Shown: piece by piece, positions 6,792 to 11,499 of the stretch
Layout: each line of letters starts with the position of its first letter
How positions within the stretch are numbered: position 1 is the stretch's first letter
DNA from: a candidate division WOR-3 bacterium
Lineage (GTDB): Bacteria; Hydrothermota; Hydrothermia; LBFQ01; DSFT01
Length of the DNA stretch: 11,499 nucleotides
Assembly: GCA_965649115.1 (NCBI GenBank)
Contig: CBFGJN010000059.1
Span: 1 to 11,499, forward strand
Direction: 5' to 3'
Notes under the pieces: generated by a model
The model's database searches: none
The model's input: only the letters and a program-made list of their open reading frames with translations
Told to the model about the DNA's origin: nothing
Made by a program: the position numbers and the translations under genes

Positions 6792-7983
6792 ATTTTTCAA
6801 GTTTGTTAGCAAGAGCTAATATAATTTGGAATACTTCATAACTTTTTCTAATTCCAAGATAACCTCTTAGACAATCTCTTTCAGTAAATTTAGCATTTTC
6901 GTCATAAAATGAGCCTTCTTTTGAATAAATTAGTATTGGAACGGGATGCCAAGAATGTCCTTTTAAGGCAGAGGGTGTTGAATGATCACCTGTAAAAACG
7001 AAAATATCAGGCTCTTTTTTTAGAATTCTTGGAATATAGCTATCTAATTTTTCAATTTCTTTTACTTTACCATAAAAATCTCCATCTTCTCCTTTTTTAT
7101 CAGTCCATTTATAGTGTATATAAATAAAATCGTAATTTTCAAAATTTTCTTCATAAAATTTTATTAAATTTTCAAATTCCATACCAAGTTCAAATGTTTC
7201 CATACCAATTAATTTACAGAGTCCCTTATACATTGGATAATTTGCAAGTGAAAGAGCTTTCATTTTGTATCTTTCTTGAAAATTTGGTATTTTAGGTTTT
7301 TTTGATATTCCTCTTAATAATATATAATTTGCTTTTTTTTCATTTTTTAGTAATTCTCTTGAAATATCAATAATTTTATTTAAAATCCTGGCAGTTTTTT
7401 TTGATTGTTCATCTATTGCTTCTAATTTTAGTGGTTCTAAGTTTTCTTTTTGTGGATCAGTATCATTTAAGTTATCTCCAAGTCCTTCACCTCTTAATAT
7501 AATAACAAATCTATGTTCTATACCTTTACCCCATATGACTTCAACATCCTCAATTTTTTTAATGTTTTGAGATAATAAATCAATAAGTTTATGACTTTCT
7601 TCTGTACTAATTCTTCCCGCTCTTCTGTCAATTATTTTATTGTTTTCAATTGTAGCAAAATTTCCTCTTATTGCTATATCATTTTCTTGTAGTTCTATTC
7701 CTATTCCAAGGGCTTCAAGAACTCCCCTTTTAATTTCAAATTCAATGGGATTATAACCAAATAAACTTAAGTGTGCAGGACCACTACCTGGACTTATTCC
7801 AGGACTTACAGGTTCAATCAAACCTAACAAACTTTTTTTAGCAAGATTATCTAAATTCTCTTTTTTAGCAAATTCAAGTTCAGTTTTATTGTTAATATAA
7901 GGAATGCCTCCAAGTCCATCTGCAATAAGCATTACAATTTTCTTTTTATTTTTTACTATTAAGTTTTTTTCAACTGCTATCAT
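6781..7983 (-). CDS. apgM: 2,3-bisphosphoglycerate-independent phosphoglycerate mutase, archaeal-type (ApgM)
   Basis: ADGLGG, PGSGPAHLSLFGY, RGNFAT, DRRAGRI, GDHSTP and HSWHPVP motifs. Start set at 7983 by ATGA coupling with the ahcY stop. Confidence 0.92.
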   Translation of the reverse strand: MIAVEKNLIVKNKKKIVMLIADGLGGIPYINNKTELEFAKKENLDNLAKKSLLGLIEPVSPGISPGSGPAHLSLFGYNPIEFEIKRGVLEALGIGIELQENDIAIRGNFATIENNKIIDRRAGRISTEESHKLIDLLSQNIKKIEDVEVIWGKGIEHRFVIILRGEGLGDNLNDTDPQKENLEPLKLEAIDEQSKKTARILNKIIDISRELLKNEKKANYILLRGISKKPKIPNFQERYKMKALSLANYPMYKGLCKLIGMETFELGMEFENLIKFYEENFENYDFIYIHYKWTDKKGEDGDFYGKVKEIEKLDSYIPRILKKEPDIFVFTGDHSTPSALKGHSWHPVPILIYSKEGSFYDENAKFTERDCLRGYLGIRKSYEVFQIILALANKLEKYGA

Positions 7984-9224
7984 GTTCCTTCTTTCCAACT
8001 TTTTAGATATTCTTCTTGCTCTTTCGTTAAGCTATCAATTTCTATACCTAAAACTTTAAGCTTCATTCTTGCAATTTTTTCATCTATTTCATAAGGAAGC
8101 GTATAAACTTTATTTTCTAACTTATTTTTGTTTTCTAATAAATATAAAACTGAATAAAATTGATTTGAAAAACTCATATCCATTACTTCTGCTGGATGCC
8201 CTTCTGCACTTGCTAAATTAACAAGCCTACCTTCTGCTAAAAGAAAAACCTTTTTTCCATTTTTTAAATTAAATTGAACAACATTTTCTCTTATGTTTTC
8301 ATAACTTTCAGAAAGCTCATATAAGGCATTTTTATTAATTTCAACATCAAAATGACCACTATTTGCTAATATGACACCATCCTTTGCATTCAAAATTGCT
8401 TCTTTATCAATTACATTCTTATTTCCTGTTAATGTTATTACTAAATCTGCTTTACTAATAGCTGAATTTATAGGCATAACATCAAATCCATCATAAAATG
8501 CTTCAAGGGCTTTAATTGGGTCTATTTCAGTAATAATAACTTTTGCTCCCATTCCTCTTGCTCTCATAGCAACACCTTTTCCACAATATCCATACCCACA
8601 AACAACAACAGTTTTACCTGCTAATAGTATATTCGTAGCTCTTAAAATGCCATCAATAGTTGATTGACCAGTTCCATATCTATTGTCAAAAAGATGTTTT
8701 GTTTTACTATCATTAACTGCTATTATAGGATATTTTAAACTTCCTTCTCTTTCCATAGCTCTAAACCTAATAACACCCGTTGTTGTTTCCTCTGTCCCTC
8801 CAATTATTTCATATATCATATTATTTGAATGAGCATAAGTTGTTAAATCTGCACCATCATCAAGTGTAATATGAGGTCTAAATTCTAAACATTTATGAAT
8901 ATGCTCATAATATGTTTCTCTACTTTCTCCTCTAATGGCAAATACTTCAATATCGTAATACTTTACAAGAGCACTTGCAACATCGTCTTGCGTTGATAAA
9001 GGATTACTTGCGCATAATCTAATACTTGCTCCTGCTTTTTTAAGGGCAATTAATAAATTAGCTGTTTCAGTTGTAACATGAAGACAAGCGGATATTCTAA
9101 CACCTTTTAATTTATCTTTATTTTCATCAGAAAGGAGTTTTAAAACCTTCATAAAATTTCCAGCCCATTCTATTCTTTTAATACCTTTTTCTGCCAAACT
9201 AATATCTTTTATGTGATATTCCAT
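7980..9224 (-). CDS. ahcY: Adenosylhomocysteinase (SAH hydrolase), short form
   Basis: ACLHVTTETA, SNPLSTQDDVA, EETTTGV, VNDSKTKHLFDNRYGTGQS, GYGYCGKG, LAEGRLVNL and GHPAEVMDMSF motifs. Confidence 0.98.
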   Translation of the reverse strand: MEYHIKDISLAEKGIKRIEWAGNFMKVLKLLSDENKDKLKGVRISACLHVTTETANLLIALKKAGASIRLCASNPLSTQDDVASALVKYYDIEVFAIRGESRETYYEHIHKCLEFRPHITLDDGADLTTYAHSNNMIYEIIGGTEETTTGVIRFRAMEREGSLKYPIIAVNDSKTKHLFDNRYGTGQSTIDGILRATNILLAGKTVVVCGYGYCGKGVAMRARGMGAKVIITEIDPIKALEAFYDGFDVMPINSAISKADLVITLTGNKNVIDKEAILNAKDGVILANSGHFDVEINKNALYELSESYENIRENVVQFNLKNGKKVFLLAEGRLVNLASAEGHPAEVMDMSFSNQFYSVLYLLENKNKLENKVYTLPYEIDEKIARMKLKVLGIEIDSLTKEQEEYLKSWKEGT

Positions 9225-9240
9225 ACTTTGAAAATTTTAA
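9225..9240 (-). promoter_or_regulatory. Putative -10 box/leaderless promoter motif of ahcY
   Basis: Minus strand reads TTAAAATTTTCAAAGT-ATG. TAAAAT is 9 nt before the start and there is no SD. Confidence 0.55.
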
Positions 9241-9260
9241 GGCATATTTATAGGGTAGTT

Positions 9261-9351
9261 AGGCAAAATTGGGCTTTGAACAAGGCTTATTTTCAGGGCG
9301 GGTAGGAAAAATATATTAAAATATATGTTTTTGGAATTATTGGATACAGCA
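9261..9351 (+). repeat. Decayed partial copy 3 of the intergenic repeat element
   Basis: AGGCAAAATTGGG...AAGGCTTATTTTCAGGGCGGGTAGGAAAAATATATTAAAATA...GAATTATTGGATACAGCA is collinear with the minus strand of copy 1 (AGGCAAAAAACGGG...AAGGCTTAATTATAGGGTGGGTGGGAAAATATAGTAAAATA...GAATTATTGGACAAGGCA). Confidence 0.7.
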
Positions 9352-9382
9352 TTTTCTTCTGCAATCATGTTATGTAAAAGCA

Positions 9383-9398
9383 TTAAAATTTTCAACTT
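9383..9398 (+). promoter_or_regulatory. Putative -10 box/leaderless promoter motif of fabD
   Basis: TTAAAATTTTCAACTT-ATG. TAAAAT (9384-9389) is 9 nt before the start, there is no SD, and the motif is 14/16 identical to the ahcY motif. Confidence 0.55.
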
Positions 9399-10280
9399 AT
9401 GAAAACTGCCTTTATGTTTCCCGGCCAAGGCTCACAGTATGTAGGAATGGGTAAAGAATTATTTGATAATTACGAAATAGCAAAGGAAGTTTTTAATAGA
9501 GTTAAAAGCGTTTTAGGAAAGGATTTTTTAGAATTAGTTTTTTATGGAAGTGAAGAAGATTTAAGGAAAACAGAAAATGCTCAACCTGCAATTTATTCAG
9601 TTTCAGTAGCATCATTAGAAGTAATAAAAGAAAAAAATTTATATAGTGCTGATATTTGTTTTGGTCATAGTCTTGGGGAATTTACTGCTTTATATTGTGC
9701 CAGTGTTTTTAGTTTTGAGTATGGACTTAAAATTACGCGAATAAGAGGAGAAATAATGTCAAAGGCAAGTAAAGGTTCTATGGCAGCAGTTATTGGATTA
9801 AGTGAAGAAAAACTAAATGAAGTTTTGAAAAAATATAAAACTTTGGTTATAGCTAATTATAATTCACCAGAACAACTTGTAATATCAGGTGATATAGAAG
9901 AAATAAAAAAAGCTATTGAAGAATTAAGAGGATTAGCAAAGAGGGTTATTGAATTAAATGTTTCAGGTGCTTTCCATTCCCCACTTATGGAAGAAGCAAG
10001 TATTGAATTCTCAAAGTACTTAAAAAAAGATGAGCTTAAAGAACCCAAAATTCCTGTTATAATGAACTCAACAGGAGAAATTGCTTATAATTTAGACCAA
10101 ATTTATAATGCATTATTAAAACAATTAAGAAGTTCAGTTTTATTTACAAAAATGGTAAATAATGCTTATAATTATGGAGTTAGAAAATTTGTAGAAATTG
10201 GACCTTCAAAAGTTTTATCAGGTCTTGTAAAAAGAATAATAAAAGATGAAAACATTGAGATATTTAATTTTGGTTCTTAG
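9399..10280 (+). CDS. fabD: Malonyl-CoA:ACP transacylase
   Basis: FPGQGSQ, TENAQPAI, GHSLGE (catalytic Ser), ANYNSPEQLVISG, VSGAFHS and EIGP motifs. Confidence 0.97.
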   Translation: MKTAFMFPGQGSQYVGMGKELFDNYEIAKEVFNRVKSVLGKDFLELVFYGSEEDLRKTENAQPAIYSVSVASLEVIKEKNLYSADICFGHSLGEFTALYCASVFSFEYGLKITRIRGEIMSKASKGSMAAVIGLSEEKLNEVLKKYKTLVIANYNSPEQLVISGDIEEIKKAIEELRGLAKRVIELNVSGAFHSPLMEEASIEFSKYLKKDELKEPKIPVIMNSTGEIAYNLDQIYNALLKQLRSSVLFTKMVNNAYNYGVRKFVEIGPSKVLSGLVKRIIKDENIEIFNFGS

Positions 10281-11238
10281 TATTCTTTCTTGTAAGAAAG
10301 ATATTCAAGTTCCTGAAATTGTTCAAGGAAGGAAAATTTTATTAGCATTTCAAAATTCAAAAAAAGTTCATTATTTTTTGGTTGATAGTCAAAAATTGTT
10401 CTTTCTATTTAATAGTGGAGATGTTCCTAATGCATTCATTAAAATAAATGAAAATGAGTTTTATTTAATAAATTCGGGAGGTTTTACTGGCTCACCATCA
10501 ATTCAAAAATTTAATTTTTTAAATGGTGAGGTTATAACATATCCCTTAAACAATAATTATAATCCAATGTTTGGAGTTTATTTTAACGGAAAATTGTTCA
10601 TTACAGATTTTGGAAAGTCCTATTCTGAAAATGTTTTAGTATTTAAAGATGGTCAAATTATAGATAGTGTAAAGACATCAAACAGACCAATTGATATTCA
10701 AATTGTAGATAGTTTTCTCGTTGTTTCTACAAACGGGATGAAGTCTGACTATAGTTATGACACAATTTCAAAAATTTTCAAAATTTCTATAAATTCTCTT
10801 AAAAAATTGGATAGTTTAAACTTGTTTTTAGGGGCATCAAATATCGGTATTTATAAAGATACAATTTTCGTAATATCAACGGGCATTTACAATCAAACGC
10901 CTTCAAGAATTTACAAAATTAACAAGAACTTTCAAAAATTAGATAGTTTAACTATATCAAAAAATATATATTCTTTTGGTTTAAATAGTGATTATTTAAT
11001 TCTTGGTAGTTGGGACGGATGGATCTATGTTCTAAACCATAATTTACAAAAGCTTGATAGTTTAAAAATTTCAAATAGTATAAACTTTATTTGTTCGTTT
11101 GAGGATAAATTTTTCATTACTACAAATGGATTTTCTTATAGTCCAAATTATTTAATTATTTTTAAACCTTTTTTAAAAGCGGATAGTATAAAACTATCAG
11201 ATGAGGATTTAGGTATTGGTCCTTGTCTTGTGTTCTAA
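10246..11238 (+). CDS. Lipoprotein with probable beta-propeller fold (YncE-like)
   Basis: Signal peptide with lipobox ILS|C. Roughly 40-45 aa beta-rich repeats ending in (K)LDSL/IDSV/ADSI. Overlaps the fabD 3' end by 35 nt. Family assignment is tentative. Confidence 0.65.
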   Translation: MKTLRYLILVLSILSCKKDIQVPEIVQGRKILLAFQNSKKVHYFLVDSQKLFFLFNSGDVPNAFIKINENEFYLINSGGFTGSPSIQKFNFLNGEVITYPLNNNYNPMFGVYFNGKLFITDFGKSYSENVLVFKDGQIIDSVKTSNRPIDIQIVDSFLVVSTNGMKSDYSYDTISKIFKISINSLKKLDSLNLFLGASNIGIYKDTIFVISTGIYNQTPSRIYKINKNFQKLDSLTISKNIYSFGLNSDYLILGSWDGWIYVLNHNLQKLDSLKISNSINFICSFEDKFFITTNGFSYSPNYLIIFKPFLKADSIKLSDEDLGIGPCLVF

Positions 11239-11242
11239 TATC

Positions 11243-11264
11243 TTTAATTTGATTTTAATTTGAT
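11243..11264. repeat. 11-bp tandem direct repeat
   Basis: TTTAATTTGAT at 11243-11253 and 11254-11264. Confidence 0.7.
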
Positions 11265-11499
11265 TAACTCCCCAATAGTTTTTTAAAATTGGGTAGGGAA
11301 AATTGTAAGTAACACCAAGCCAAAACTCCATTTAATTCATCAAATTCAATTTATCAAATTAAGTTTAATAAATTATTCATTATCAATAATTTAAAATTTT
11401 AATAGCTTTACCTCTATCGCTTTCTCAATAAAAATTCAATTTTTTGAAGTTTTAATTTGTCATTTTAATCTCATTTAAGTTGCTTATTTCCAATAACTT

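Noticed and set aside
9225..9398. SAH or SAM riboswitch upstream of ahcY
   Set aside because: I found no recognisable conserved riboswitch core. The region is explained by the decayed repeat and a promoter motif abutting the ATG, which leaves no leader.
9237..10048. 63-aa minus-strand ORFs 9237-9428 and 9857-10048
   Set aside because: The first runs through the decayed repeat and the fabD start, and the second is antisense to fabD. Neither has coding evidence.
1..11499. CRISPR array, tRNA/rRNA, integron attC array or oriC
   Set aside because: There is no regularly spaced repeat-spacer structure, cloverleaf or rRNA-like sequence, or DnaA-box cluster. The repeats are not one per gene, occur in both orientations and flank housekeeping genes, unlike attC cassettes.

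Overview
AT-rich bacterial window (low GC by eye) of mostly housekeeping and envelope genes. Plus strand: a large uncharacterised Rossmann-fold protein coupled to a class A PBP (PBP1A), a small Thr/Gln-rich lipoprotein, a PrcB_C-family protein and a stand-alone RsmF-C/PUA-like protein. Minus strand: an operon ahcY > apgM > alpha/beta hydrolase > mlaE. Plus strand again: fabD and a beta-propeller lipoprotein. The most unusual signal is non-coding. A ~200-bp dispersed structured repeat occurs in three intergenic gaps: a complete copy at 5-210 with terminal inverted repeats, an inverted copy at ~4027-4221 and a decayed copy at ~9261-9351, with possible remnants at the right edge. It carries two C-GAA-G mini-hairpins (one with a compensatory base-pair change), a conserved GGG-[hairpin]-GGGTGGGTGGG G-quadruplex-like layout and IHF-consensus sites, and no transposase is present in the window. 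Two further signals are a shared TTAAAATTTTCAA motif just upstream of SD-less start codons (probable leaderless promoters) and strong enrichment of the D-[ST]-[AILVMT] O-glycosylation sequon in exported proteins, which hints at an FCB-related lineage (inference only).
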